Origin: Octopus bimaculoides | Taxonomy: Eukaryota | DNA length: 64,000 nucleotides | NCBI RefSeq assembly: GCF_001194135.2 | Contig: NC_068989.1 | Location: 44,339,591 to 44,403,590, forward strand | Direction of reading: 5' to 3' | Shown here: piece after piece, positions 38,246 to 51,832 of the stretch | How positions within the stretch are numbered: the stretch's first letter is position 1 | How the letters are laid out: every line of letters begins with the position of its first letter | Position numbers and translations under genes: made by a program | Notes under the pieces: model-generated | Told to the model about the DNA's origin: nothing | The model's input: the letters and a program-made list of their open reading frames with translations, nothing else | The model's database searches: none

Positions 38246-38959
38246 AATTAAAGATATTGGTGTTGCCTTGGCAGAGGAGTGCTCTTGTTTTAAAAATGTT
38301 ATTGTTGTAAGACAACTTGTTGAAAATTATGTGATCTATCATAAAAACAGGCAGTTTTATCTCGGAATCAGAGATATTCTTTAGGAAATAGGCGATAACC
38401 CTAAGGACATAGAAACAGAGAAGGTAAAAAAACAAAAATGGTAAAGACGTTATTCATAGTAGCTTGGTTTATTGTATTCATTCGAACAATAAACTAAGTT
38501 TGCTCAAAACTTTAGATTTTCGGAAGCCACAAGTTACAATACCTGTTCAGCTAGTAAAGCTTGGGAAATAATTTTCTTTGATTAGTCACGTATAAAATAT
38601 ATTGAAAACATTCTCATAATTATTGATTCATTTTACCTGTGGGCTGAAGTTTTCCATTGTTTTGATATGAATCTTGAAACAGTAAAGTGCAAAGAGAATA
38701 CTTCCAAAATGTTCAAATGTCTAAAAATGGTTTTGGGTCTGCCCCAGTTCAGAAAATTTTAACTAAAGTAGACTCACCTAAATATCATCTCAAACTGAAT
38801 GGCGCTTCGAACGGATCAACTCATTCAATAAAGCAAACAGTAAAATATTAATCATCTCAAAACTAATAACTTTGATGCTAATTGTGAAAGTTACTTTTTA
38901 ATTACAGAAATGACATAATAAGAGGAAAATGCTTTCAGCAATAATAACAGCAAATAATA

Positions 38960-39470
38960 TTAATCCTTTCTACTATAGACACAAGGCCTGAAATTTGGAG
39001 GAGGGGGATAGTCGATTACATCGACCTCAGTGTTCCACTGGTACCTAATTTATCGACCCCGAAAGGATGAAAGGCAAGGTCGACCTTGGCGGAATTTGAA
39101 CTCAAAACGTAAAAACAGATGAAATGCCGCTAAGCATTTCCCCCGGCGTGTTAACGATTCTGCCAGCTCGCTGTCTTAATAATAATAATTCTTTCTACTA
39201 AAAGTACAAGGCCTGAAATTTGGTGGGAGGAGACTAGTCGATTACATCGACCCCAGTGTTTCACTGGTAATTAATTTATCGGCCCCGAAAGGATGAAAGG
39301 CAAAGTCGACCTCGGCGGAATTTGAACTCAGAACTTAAAGACGGACGAAATGTCGCTTAGCTTTTTGTCCGGCGTTCTAACGATTCTGCCAGTTCGCCGC
39401 CTTCTTAGTAATAATAATGGCTTCAAATTTTGGTAGAAGGTCAGCAATTTCAGGGGAGGGAGTAAGTCGA
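38960..39470 (-). mobile_element. tandem SINE family A array (two full copies, one partial)
   Basis: Copies joined by (AAT)n. Confidence 0.9.
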
Positions 39471-40039
39471 TTCGGAAGAAGTCTACGAGTCGCTGTAAAC
39501 CCATGTTTCAAAAATGTGAAAACAGCCTTCATGTAATCATAAGCTGATATCATCTGCTCCCTGCTGAGAATTCAATTGTTCGTGCTCAGCTAGCTAGCTA
39601 GCTAGATAGATAGATATCATTATTGTTATGTGTAATTCAAAGACTTTTATATAGTCCTTTATTGCTTAGTTAAGCCTAGAATCGATTGTTTGAAGTTGTT
39701 TAAACAGCGAGCATCATCGTTGACGTGAACTGATGAAATGATTGATACAAGCTCTGTAAAAGAACATGTGATAACATTATGTCGATGCCATTGAAGATGA
39801 TCAGTCAGAGATTAGTCGTGACACAATACCTGATCAAGTAGTATAAATTAAATTACCAATGACTAACAATTCAAAGAGTTCCTACACACGATTTGGAATA
39901 CGTAAAAACCTTCAGGTTTGCTGCTATTATCGTTAAGTACCACTCGAGTCAAAGTATTGCTTGCAGGCCGTAGCCATCGCTCATTATAGTCGGCAGAACA
40001 CCGAATTGTGTGACTTTTGCGGACTTTCTTCTTTCTTTA

Positions 40040-40930
40040 TTTATTTGACACGTTGCACCTTTCCACTCGAGCTCATTAAATGGATTTTATCCCTTCGCGT
40101 CTTGGAGCACGCACCTAATCTCTGACAACGCAATCTTCGTGCTTAGTGTTGAAGAATTAATTGAGAGCCAATCGCACCGCAATCACTTCGGTAGCGATGT
40201 CTTTTCTAATCGCCTCTTATAAGTTTATAAGTAGGTTTTCCTCTACTCTAGTTTTATCTATTGTTACTTTCTTACTAAACCACATCGATTCTACGCTAAT
40301 CATTCTTTTTAGCATTCTTTGTTGTTGACGATTTCCCCCGCTCAACTAATTCCTTAATCCGGTCTCTGCATGCTTGGCATGCCGGAAACAATGCGTTCAA
40401 CTTCCAGTAACCTGAGCCTTGCCTACGAAGCCCACTGCTTTGAATTTTTGACAATCTACGATATTTCTATCTACTGACCTGCAGAATACTTTATCTGCAT
40501 AAGGTCTGAATGACCCGATGTTGTTTCTTCATGTTCACAATGCCACATTCGAGAAATCAAGCCGGTACCTATTAGCTGGAAATGTCTGAGCCTGTTTGAG
40601 AGGTTTCTGCATCCCCTCTCCTATCAGCTAATCCCTCACAGTCCTAGCGTGCATCTAAGATGGAATTCCAATCATCCACTCGTACAAAAAAGTGTAAGGT
40701 TCAATAGAGGACCTTTTGACATCTAAAGAAAGCTTGCCACCTAGCCCCTGTTGGAGCGTAGACGGCTACTAGTCTAAAGGTATAGCCCTCGTTGTTGGAT
40801 ACGTCCAGCATCACTAACCTGCCTTCTGAGTTCACAAAGACGGTCCATTTCAAGAGATCCAGACCTTTTCGAAACAACGCAGCATCTACATCCCTTGATC
40901 CCCTAACATTAAATATATAGGTCACGAGAG
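40040..40930 (-). mobile_element. degraded Tx1/L1-type ORF2 N-terminus (APE endonuclease and linker)
   Basis: SEGRLVMLDV...FRLVAVYAPT, VFCRSVDR, GSGYWKLNA, KHEDCVVR. Confidence 0.7.
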
Positions 40931-41394
40931 CGTTGAAATTAACAAAGATGGCTTCATCCCACGAAAATAATAGCTGAGGTGTGCTTCAATTACTTTTGAT
41001 GAATTAACCGAATCTGAAAGTAGGATTAAGATCTAAATGTTTTTATCAGGAAGAATATTCTTCTTTAAAAAGGTATCAGTCGAGAAAGTAAATAACATAG
41101 AGCAACAGTTGGAATGCTACTATTTCACCCCCCCCCCCTAAGATAATTTCCAGGCAATTCTACCAACTGCTGTTTATAAGAAAGAATATAAAATGCAAAT
41201 GACTGATTTCTTAGAATATTTTTATCATTTTCTTTCTCTCTGACCTTTTCACATCCTTTTTTATTCATATCTTCCATTCTTTCTTTGTTCCATGTTTTTT
41301 ATACTGTTAAAGTTAACTCATTTAATCACGTGAACATTAAAAAGTTAATTAGAAATTATTGAGCCGTAAAGAAAAGATATTTGTCACTGGTAAA

Positions 41395-42480
41395 TATTGG
41401 TTTCAAATTTTGGCACAAGGACAGCACTGCGGGAGAGGGTAAGTTGATTATATCGATCCCCCAGTACTATTTTATCGACCCCGAACGGATAAAATAAGTA
41501 CCAGTTGAGCGCTGGGATCGATGTAATCGACCTACACCCTTCCACGGAACTGCTGGCCTTGTTCCGAAATTTGAAATTAGTGTTAAAGGAAGGTAAGGCG
41601 GTGAGCTGGCAGAATCATCACTGCACTGGGTAAAATTCTTAGCGGCATGTCGTCTGTCTTAAAGTTCTGAGTTCAAATTCCACCGAAGTCGACTTTACCT
41701 TTCATCCTTTCGGCGGTTGATAAAATAAGTATTAGTTGAGTACTGGGGTCAACGTAGTCGACTTACCCCTCCCAGAAATGACTAGCCTTGTACCAAAGTT
41801 TGAAACCAATTTTAAAACCAGGACAAGGTGGGGAACTAACAGAATCGTTAGCACATTGGACAAAAGGTTTGGCAGGTTTTAGGTTCTGAGTTCAAACTCT
41901 GCCAAGGCCAACTTTGCCTTTTGTCCTTCGGGAATCGATAAAATAGAGTACCAATTGAGTACTGAAGTCAATGTAATCAATTTCCCCCCTTCACTCAAAA
42001 TTACCGGCCTTGTGCTAAAAAAAACTGGAAATAATTAGAAAGAATATTGGTTTCAAATATAGGCACAAGGCCAGCAAGTTCAGGGGAGGGGGTAAGTCGA
42101 TTACATTGATCCCAGTGTTCAGCTGGTATTTAATTTATCGACCGCCGAAAGGATGAAAGGTAAAGTTGACTGCGACGGAGTTTGAACTCAGAACGTGATA
42201 ACGGACGAAATGCCGCTAAGCATCATGCCCGGCATACTCACGATTCTGAATATTAAAGGCATATTAGGGTGGTGGGTTAGCAGAACATTCTAAGCGTCGA
42301 GAAAATGCTTTACGGAATTTGTTTCGACTTTTTTACGTTCTAAGTTTAAATTCCACCGACTTCAGCTTTTCCTTTCATTTCTCTGTATTTGATAAAATGA
42401 AGTATCAGTTAAGTGGATATCGACTAACAGACCCCACCCCTCAAGAATTGCTGCTTTTGTACCTACATCAAAAACAATGT
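41395..42480. mobile_element. dense cluster of at least five SINE family A copies in both orientations
   Basis: Repeated cores, including an inverted dimer at 41395-41580. Confidence 0.85.
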
Positions 42481-43357
42481 TAAAGGTTAGTGCTTATCTC
42501 CCTTCTTTATGACGTGAAGCTCTTAGGAATAAGTCTCCCTGGATAGGGCATTGTTTGATCTCTTATAAATAATTCCTCCTTTCCAAACTAATATCTACAG
42601 GAGCAAGTGAATGTTTCATTTTGAGCAGACAAACTGCTCATCTCCCAAGTGTAGTTTTTCAATAATCATATCCACTCTTCATTTCAATCAATTTGATCAC
42701 CGGTCATCATCAATTCTCTCATTATTTCCCAACTATATATTTCCCAACTAAGGGCAATAACTTAGAAATGTTCCTACAACAAATCTCTTCTGAGAATAGA
42801 ATTATCTAGTAACGGTATGATGAAACAAATCACATTTTCTTAATGCTTTAAGTAATGTCGAAGTGAACAGCATCTTCAGTTAAACAGAATATAGGAATAA
42901 AATACCGTAATTTTAACGTGTGGCTTTTAAGTCGTTCGAAGTATCTGAATTGTTGACAATGAAGTTTTTGACATCATTGAGGTCTCGTCTTACCGAATTA
43001 TCAGGTGACGTTTATGAGATGCTTGGCTGTTTCATCGTCTCAGTCTCATCATCACATACGTTAATACCGTGTTTCGAGTTGCCTCAAAATTTTTAGAAGG
43101 AAACACCAGTGGCCTCTGATAAGATTTTTAACTGAGTGCGGGTATTTTTATATATTTATTTATATATGTTCTTTCTTCCTATCGTTTAATTTTGTAAACT
43201 GTCTTATTTTCCAACAAATAATTTTACTTTGTAAACTGTTCTTTTATCGGTTGTTCTTTTTTATTTCAAAGGAAAAAAACTGTATTGCCAAGGTTAATTT
43301 AATTTATTCGTTGGTGAAATAATTTACGTTTAATAGAATGAAGTATATCATATAATC

Positions 43358-43500
43358 ATTATACGTGGCTCTGTAGTAAGGTTTCGGATTCAATCACACT
43401 TTGTGGCACCTTCAGCAAGTGTCTTCTACCATAGCCTCGGACCGACCAAAGCCTTGTGAGTGGATTTAGTGGATAGAAACTGAAAGAAACCATGTGTGTG
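43358..43500 (+). mobile_element. SINE family B 5' part
   Basis: GTGGCACCTTCAGCAAGTGTCTTCTACC...GCCTTGTGAGTGGATTT. Confidence 0.8.
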
Positions 43501-43503
43501 TGT

Positions 43504-43862
43504 AGGCGTAATGGACTCGCGGTCGTAGAATCGCGGTTTCGATTCCCAAACCGGGCGTTGTGAGTGGTTATTGAGCAAAAACACCTAAAGCTCCGCGAGG
43601 CTCCGGCAGGGGGTGGTGGCGAACTCTGCTGCACTCTTTCACTACTACTTTCTTTCACTCTTTCTTCCGTTTTCTATTGTACCTGTATTTCAGAGGGCCA
43701 GCCTTGTCCCACTCCGTGTCACGCTAAATATCCCCAAGAACTACGTTAAGGGTACACGTGTCTGTGGAGTGCTCAGCCACTTGCACGTTAATCTCACGAG
43801 CAGACTGTTCCGTTGATCGGATCAACTGAAACCCTCGTCGTCGTAACCGATGGAGTGCCACG
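43504..43862 (+). mobile_element. SINE family C with shortened head
   Basis: Aligns to 6111-6482. Confidence 0.9.
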
Positions 43863-43873
43863 TTGTATATATA

Positions 43874-44441
43874 TCTATACATATAAATTTGACATTGGCG
43901 ATTCTTTCTTGTCTTGGGATTCACGGTCAAACGGCTGGGTGGAATTGCGCGAAAAATTACATGTGTAGAATGATCCGGTGGTGATGCTGGGCTTTGTATT
44001 ATTTTCATAGCTCCCATGGTTACAGAGATAATCTACTATAATAATACTCATGTGTTTATGAATGAGAAAGGAAGGGGTGATAGATGAATAAGGAAGGAAG
44101 GGGTGATGTCATACTTGTTAGTGGGATAATGAAAATTGTACGCTGAAAAAATAATCAAATAGCATTTCAACTCTGTGTGAATATGTGTAAAAGGGGGGTA
44201 TGTGAATGTGTGTGCGTGCAGTGGAAGTGGAATGGTTCGTCTTTGCTAGCTTTGTATTTGGGTTTATTTTTTGATTTGGTTGACTCTTGGTTTTTTTGGT
44301 CAATTATTTTTAGCGTTTTGACAGAAAAAGTCATTCTGAAATTGTTTTTTAATGTAAGCGTGCCCAAACAAGTCGAATGCTAAATCAGAGCAGATTTTAC
44401 AGCCACATCATCCAAACCGACCGGGTGAAACTTAGCTGCTA

Positions 44442-44442
<1 letters not shown>
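43874..44442 (+). mobile_element. non-autonomous Helitron-like element
   Basis: A|TCTATAC (43874) and A|TCTCTACTATAATAATA (about 44032) 5' starts; CTAG|T end at 44439-44443. Confidence 0.5.
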
Positions 44443-44473
<31 letters not shown>

Positions 44474-44919
44474 NNNNNNNNNNNNNNNNNNNNNNNNNNN
44501 NNNNNNNNNNNNNNNNNNNNNNNNNNNNNNNNNNNNNNNNNNNNNNNNNNNNNNNNNNNNNNNNNNNNNNNNNNNNNNNNNNNNNNNNNNNNNNNNNNNN
44601 NNNNNNNNNNNNNNNNNNNNNNNNNNNNNNNNNNNNNNNNNNNNNNNNNNNNNNNNNNNNNNNNNNNNNNNNNNNNNNNNNNNNNNNNNNNNNNNNNNNN
44701 NNNNNNNNNNNNNNNNNNNNNNNNNNNNNNNNNNNNNNNNNNNNNNNNNNNNNNNNNNNNNNNNNNNNNNNNNNNNNNNNNNNNNNNNNNNNNNNNNNNN
44801 NNNNNNNNNNNNNNNNNNNCCGTAGAAGCGGAACTTGTCTATAAGAATACAACATTAAATGATATTACAATTCACATCATAAATCTGATTACATGTTTAT
44901 TCTTTTTTTTTCTTCTTCT

Positions 44920-45126
44920 CTAGGCGTAAGGCCCGAAATTATTTGGCGGGTGGGGAGCAGTCGATTAGATCGACCCCAGTACGCAACTAGTTCTTAATTT
45001 ATCGACCTCGAAAGTATGAAAGGCAAAGTCGACCTCGGCGGAATTTGAACTCAGAACATAAAGACAGACGAAATACCGCTAAGTATTTTGCCCGGCGTGC
45101 TAACGTTTCTGCCAGCTCGCCGTCTT
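44920..45126 (-). mobile_element. SINE family A, full length
   Basis: Close to the window consensus. Confidence 0.9.
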
Positions 45127-46459
45127 TGATTACATGTTTATTACCGATGAACGGAACACAAACCAGAGATTATTCTTCGTTTTGCTTCCATATTGAATAA
45201 TTAAAAAAAAAATCATTTTCTAGACAAGAGGGAAGCAAATGCAAATGATTCCGTACAGGGTCTCCGAGACTGGTGGGAAGAAAAAGAGAAGGGAACGAAG
45301 GATGGAAGCTGATATTCTCAAACCAGAAACTTGGCCCAAATTCTTGTAACAAAGTGGATTCTACTAAAAGCACCCAAAGTGTCGGATGTTGGTGTTAAAT
45401 TCGACGACCGATTATGTTTACCATTTGGGATCGCTATGGCGAGATTTGAACACGGAACGCGAAGAGCGGGAACAAATATATCTATGCTTCCAATTTGATG
45501 TTTTTGCAGTTCCGCCAATCCTCCGTCCTAGATAGATACATTTTAATTTGCCCCGAAAGGATGAAAGGTAAAAACGACCTCGGTGGGATTCGAACTCAAA
45601 GCGCAGAGAATAGAAACAGATATCGTACGACATTTTATCTGACGCTCTAACGACTCTACCAAGTCGTATAATGTCCACTGATCTGGTTTTCTTGTGGAGA
45701 AAAAAAAGAAAAAAGATGAAACTATTATTATTTAGATCATGAATAACACAAAAATAATTCAATAGAGTCCCTAATTATGACGTCAGTGTCCTGAAAAAAA
45801 AAGCACTTTCTCCTTAACAACAGTCTTGCTTTGAATCGGTCATTCACCTATATCATAAAATAGAATGTAGGTCATGCGAAAGCAGAAAATAACAAAGATG
45901 GCTTTAAGCCACAAGAATAACTTGATGAGATTGCTTCTGATAAGACAACAAAGATAACCAAATTGGAAAGTACAAGTTATATTTGGATAAACATTTTTTT
46001 AAAGAAAAATATTCTTCCATATAAAAAAATATAAATTGAGCAAGTAATAACGTAGCATAGCAGTAAAATATTGTCTTTTCAACAACACCACCCACAACAC
46101 CCAAGAAAATTCCAGAAAATTTCACTTATTGTTGTTCAGATGCATATATGGCCCTGTAGTTAAGAAGTTCGTTTTGCAACTATTTGATATCAGGTTCGGT
46201 CTTACTGCAGGGCACCCTGGACGAGTGTATTCTTCTATAGGGCCTATTTAGCCCTCACACAAGGGGATAGGTTCATGTGATAACAGAATATATATCACAC
46301 AGAACGGTGGGCCTGCTTGATATATGCCCAGAGATCAACCCCTCTCCGTGACATGTATGCCAAAGTCATAGAACCATATAAAGTGTCGTTTTTCTCAAAT
46401 TTTGATGTTAAGCATTCAATAGCACTGTTTAATAATTTATTATACTCACAACCCTCTTT

Positions 46460-46714
46460 GTGGAGGCGCGTGGTTAGGATGTCAGCATCATGATCGTAAG
46501 ATTGTGGTTTCGATTCTTGGACCGGGTGACGCGCTGTGTTCTTGAGCAAAACACTTCATTTCACGTTGCTCCAGTACACTAAGCTGGCAAAAATGAGTAA
46601 CACTGCGATGGACTGGCGTCCCGTCCAGCTGGGGAACACATACGCCACAGAAACCGGGAAACCGGGCCCATGAGCCTGGCTAGGCTTTAAAAGGGTGCAT
46701 GAAAAAAAAAAAAA
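46460..46714 (+). mobile_element. SINE family D (V-domain-like), full length, poly-A tail
   Basis: GCGATGGACTGGCGTCCCGTCCAG segment; 12-bp TSD ACAACCCTCTTT (46448-46459, 46715-46726). Confidence 0.88.
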
Positions 46715-47092
46715 ACAACCCTCTTTAAAAATGTCAAATACCATTTCTTCGTTTTTGTCTTCTGCAATCTGCTTTTCTTACATTTTTCTGAAAAAGGAAA
46801 AAAAAATTTTTTTTTAAACATTACTATTAAGTGGGCTTTGTTTTTCAAGTTCATATCCTACCCATTCAATGAAATGTCGCACGCTATTTTCTCAGTCTTC
46901 ACATTCCTGCTAAATTTCCACCCGCTGATCTGAAGTACTCATTGAGTTATGTACTTTTGGTAGATCTATAAATAGATCTGCCAAAAGTACAATCAGAAAA
47001 TACTTGGATAAAGAAGTTGTTAGATTAGAAGCCTGAAGATATGTAAACGCTGTTATCATTTATCTCATATTTCAGAATTTCTTTATGAAACA

Positions 47093-48215
47093 CTAGCAAA
47101 CACAGCCGTCCTTTCGACAGTTTAAGTTGCTTTGGTGGTATTTTTTCACCAAATAATTGAACTACCGAGAAACTTTATGAGTAGCACGGCAATCTATGTT
47201 TCCGGTTGACCTTGGAACGGAAAATGAAATTGAAGGCTAGTTATTGTGGAGGTCGTCGCACTTTAATGATCATACAACATATAATTTTACAAGCGATGCA
47301 AATAGAGCCACTGAAGTGTTTTGAGAGCAGATTACGGATAATGACTACAAAATATAGTTGTTTTACATGAAAGCGAAATTTCTTGTCACAAACAGCCACA
47401 TAAATGGTGTAAGAAAATTGAAGGAAGACGTTGAAACTTCCTCTCTGTGAGTTTCTTTTTTATTCAATAGGAAAGGGGGCTATTTTTTTCGGAGAGATAA
47501 GCTAACAAAAGCCCCTTTATTCTTCCCACATAGCTTGCGCATAAACTAACAGCGAATGCCGCATAAAGTTAAATTGGTATGGAGCTTTCTGAAAGATACG
47601 TATGACTTTCGCTAGTCGAAGCAAAACTCTTATTTAAAGGTTGATTCTTTGGGACGAATCATATGAGATGGTTTAAAAAGGGCTAGAACGGCAATGCTAA
47701 AACGTATTTGAAACAATGGACAACAGTCGAAATATCATAATGGATGGATAAATAAGCATCCTTAAAGTGAAACAACGGTATCAAAGGTAAACAAAGGTAT
47801 CAACAAATACAACAGAGGGAAGGGAACATAACCTTTCAAGTAACTGAGAATAGGTAAAGGTAAGCTTGGCAAAGTTTAATGCAGTTTAAATATGTAGATT
47901 AAGATAGTTTGGTACTGGACATTCATCGCGTATAGTGTTCCTAGTCAACTGAATCACCGTCGTTGGTGGACAGCGGAAATAAATAGACAAAACCCTTTCA
48001 ATTTTATAAAAAGATTAAAAAGTATGGAAGATCCTACCCACGAAAAACTATGTCTATTTACGTTCATTTACGCGGGAGCTCTGGGCAAAATGTTATAGTG
48101 CATGGCTATCGTTGGGACATAAGTAATGTGTGTGTAAAGTTTGGTGAAAATCGGTTGAGAATTGTGGAAATGCATGCGTTAGTCATTATACACACAAACT
48201 GAGATTTATATATAC
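47093..48215 (-). mobile_element. non-autonomous Helitron/HINE-like element
   Basis: Minus-strand 3' end: GACGGCTG hairpin then CTAG|T (47093-47096). 5' region ...AAATCTCAGTTTGTGTG...CAACCGATTTTCACCAAACTT. Confidence 0.55.
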
Positions 48216-48462
48216 TATATATCTACATGAATGTTCTTATTATTATCTCATATTTCAGAATTTATGCTTATACATCAGACAAGAAATTTTCTGCTTCTGT
48301 AAAATTACATCTCTATATACAAGGAACTCATTGCTGGTAGGGCTTTCACTAGAAACGTGGTGTTGAAGCAATTACTGAGATAGAGGTTGTAATGTTTTTA
48401 TTCTATTTTTATTTTCCGTATCATTTTCATGCCGTTATTTCTTACAGCACGGGTACACCAGT

Positions 48463-49340
48463 TGTAAATAAACGACAGGGTAAAAAAAACATACAACATA
48501 TACTGAATGTACAACCGGACGGGGGCCAGACACAGAAGCTTCCTAATTCTTCATCAGTTATTATCAACCAGATGGTATTATTCAGTTTCGCACCTTCAAT
48601 GATAAGACTGAGAACTTCCCATGCTGGCGGAGCCCGCAAAAGTTGCAGAGAATATAAGGCCGAGAACAAACAAAACAATACAGAGAGGACATACGAAAGT
48701 GAATAAATGTAATTTAAGATGACGGACAAAGACAAAACAAACAAGAAATGAGCAAAATATAGCCTCAGGGCCAAAAAGACAAGATTGGTAAGTAACACTT
48801 AGAAGGCATCTCAAAGGGTTAGAAAATAACAAACAGCAAGACAGTGGGACACAGAAAATTCAAGACCGGTCAGCTACGCAACCGGTGTGAAAAAGGGAGA
48901 GAAAGAAGAGCTGGACACGGGTCACGTGTCAGCGGCAGGCAAAGGAAAAGAAGGTAAGAGAGAGAGAGAGAGTAACAGAGAGAAAGCAAAGGAAGGGATG
49001 ACTGGAGAACAAGGAGAAAGGTTAGAAATAGAAGAGAGAGTGAGAGAAAAAAAGAAAGGCTAGAAAAAGAAGTAAGATAGCAAGAGAGAAAAAAAAGGAG
49101 AAAAAAGTGAAGGATAGAAATAAAGTTGCACGGATATATAAAAGTTACTGTTAATTAAAGACGGAGTGCGTTCCGTTACTTAATAAATGAAAAAAATGTA
49201 TTGTAAATAAACAACGACAGGGTAAAAACATACATCATATACTGAGTATACAACCGGACGGGAGACAAAAGGTCCCTAATTCTTCGTCAGTTATCAACCA
49301 GATGGTATTACTCAGTTTTAGCACCTTTAATGATAAGACT
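48463..49340 (-). mobile_element. non-coding element with direct terminal repeats of about 140 bp (48463-48609, 49202-49340), Penelope pseudo-LTR-like
   Basis: The two repeats are clearly homologous and contain hammerhead core motifs; purine-rich internal region with no ORF. Confidence 0.65.
48535..48612 (-). ncRNA. putative non-circularly permuted hammerhead ribozyme
   Basis: CTCAGTC|TTATCA-ttGAAGGTgc-GAAACTGA...TGATAA(taa)-CTGATGA...AGCTTC; stems I, II and III can all form. Confidence 0.55.
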
Positions 49341-51532
49341 ATGTCCGATCGCAAGCATTCACTCTTGGACAAAGATTGCAATTCCATTTAACAAAACAAG
49401 GATGAAGAAGAATCATGATTTACGCCACAGTGATTCAGTCTTTAGCCAGGTTGGAAAAGATTTTGTACTCCTTTCATATAAACTTCTCCATTTGTTGCAC
49501 TAGTAATACATTTATTTACGCCTAAGGTATTATAAATTAGCATTTTTTAAAGTTCATGGAAATATTTTTGTAATATCAATAAAATTCAATTGTGTTAGTA
49601 ACCTGTCGTAAATGTCTATTATTCCAGTACTATATGACAGCAAAAAGTTAGTTTTTCATCGAAATAGCTTACGATGTTTCGATTTGTATTCTGAGCATAC
49701 CAGATTTTATTGATTCATCAACTACAGCCTCCTTCATTAATGATGAAATAACCATTATGACATTGCTAATTATCATTTTGAATACCAATTTTATGACCTT
49801 TACTGCCAGACTTGTATACCATCGACCACTTTTTTACTACTTTCTCTCAGTCATGGGCAAACTGCAGTCCGCAGTCACAGAAATCTCTGAATGGCACACC
49901 TAACGAAAAATTATTTTGAATATTTTTAACACTGCAGCCCACTTCTCAAAAAAAAAAAGGTTGCCCAATTAATGAGAAAAAAATATCTTGACTGTATTTT
50001 AATGACTAAATCTGAATGTATGATTAACACCTTTATTCACGTTTTAATCATACTTTTAGATCTGATTATTGCATTAGAAACAAATCAATTAGATCATTTT
50101 ATTGACATGAAGCCATCTTATGACCTTTATTTGCAGCTTTCTCGTGACCTACATTTTTATGAGTACAGGTGAATGACCGAGAGGGAGACTAGCTGTTAAT
50201 AAGGGGATTATATATTTCAGGTCATTGGCCTCGTGCCGAGGGAGTACAAGCATAGACAAGCATAGATAATATATATATTTACACATTTCCATTTGTTTGA
50301 TTTCTGATCATCACGGGGCAGTTTTATTCCTGAATGTGTACATCATCGCAGTCTAGTTTCTGTGAAGAGTTTCGATGTAATTTCCGAACACTTATTGCTA
50401 ATTAATTTTATATCCGTGTCCGTGAAGTATAAAAGATTATGCTTCAATGTCAGACTTTCTCTAAAATTTTAACCATAAAAAGAAAACTGAATATAATATA
50501 CGATCACATATATAGACACCTACAATTAACTTAAAGTGCAAACGGCTGCTCTGCAGCACAGATCAAAGTAGAAATTAGAGTGACAAATTAAGTTTATTCT
50601 AGCCTAGGTATCAAGTTTTTTTATAAATGATTTAGAAATAGATGTTTCTACTTCGAATCCAGTCAAGAATCAGGCAAATATTTAGGAACAAAACTGCCTG
50701 GTGACGATCGCAAATCAAACAAAGACAAACGTTGAGCAAATACAAATATGTTATACTCCCTTGCTATGAGGTCAATACCCTGAAAAACACATAATCCCCT
50801 TAACAACAGAAATTCTCACAGTCGGTTATTAATGAATTGTAAATGATAAAGGGGTGGTTGACAAAGACAGAATGAACAAAAAATTTGGATTTTCTGAGTT
50901 CTTGCAACAACAAAATTGTCGAAATTTTTTCCTGAAGCTTATAATAAATTCCAAAAATATCAGGATAAGTGTGAGAATATAAGAACATTAATTATGTACA
51001 AAACAAACAGAAAAAAAAATCTCTTGAACAAAATACAAGATTTAAAACCAGTTCGAGAAATTCCAAATCATGGTTTGCTGTTCTCTTAAAAACAAATGCT
51101 TCATAATAATTAATGAGAAAAAATATCATGACAGAATCCTACAGCTTGTTCGCAATTTTCGAAATGTATTTTAATGACTAAATCTGAATGTATTCTTAAC
51201 ACGTTTATTCACGTCTTAATCATACTTTTAGATTTGATTATTGCATTAGAAACAAACCAATCAAATCATTTTATTGGCATGAAACCATCTTACGACCTAT
51301 ATTTTAAGCTTTCTCGTGACCTACATTTTTATAAGTACAGGTGAATGGCCGAGAGTGAGACTAGCTGTTAATAAAGGGATTATATATTTCAGGTCATTCA
51401 CCTCGTGCCGAGGGAGTACAAGTATATCAATATTTATATTTACACATTTCTTGATTTCTGATCATCAAATTTACATATTTGCTTAATTCCTAATCATCAC
51501 GGGGCAGTTTTATTCTTTGAAGAGTTTCGGTT

Positions 51533-51745
51533 AGGGTGTTGGACTCACGATCGCAAGATTGTGGTTTCGATTCCTGGATCGGACGACGCGTTATTTTCTC
51601 GAGCAAAACTTTTCATTTCACGTTGCTCCAGTCCACTCAGCTGGAAAAAATGAGTAATCCTGCGACGGATCGGTGTTCCGTCCAGGTGGGGAATTTATAA
51701 GCTATAGAAACCGGGAAACCGGGCCGATGAGCTTATATGATTTCG
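51533..51745 (+). mobile_element. SINE family D
   Basis: Aligns to 46460-46714. Confidence 0.85.
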
Positions 51746-51832
51746 GAATGACCTTTATCCTTTTATATATTATCTATAAATTAGCAATCGATGTATCTTA
51801 GCCCCTGATTTTTTTTTCTCTTTAGAACGTCG

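Noticed and set aside
43060-43130. GAAAC...CTGATAA hammerhead-like text
   Set aside because: Core mismatched, and GAAACAC simply pairs with GTGTTTC; no three-way junction.
49972-50172. 66-aa single-exon ORF in the local repeat
   Set aside because: Frame is not preserved in three of the other copies (5-nt length difference).
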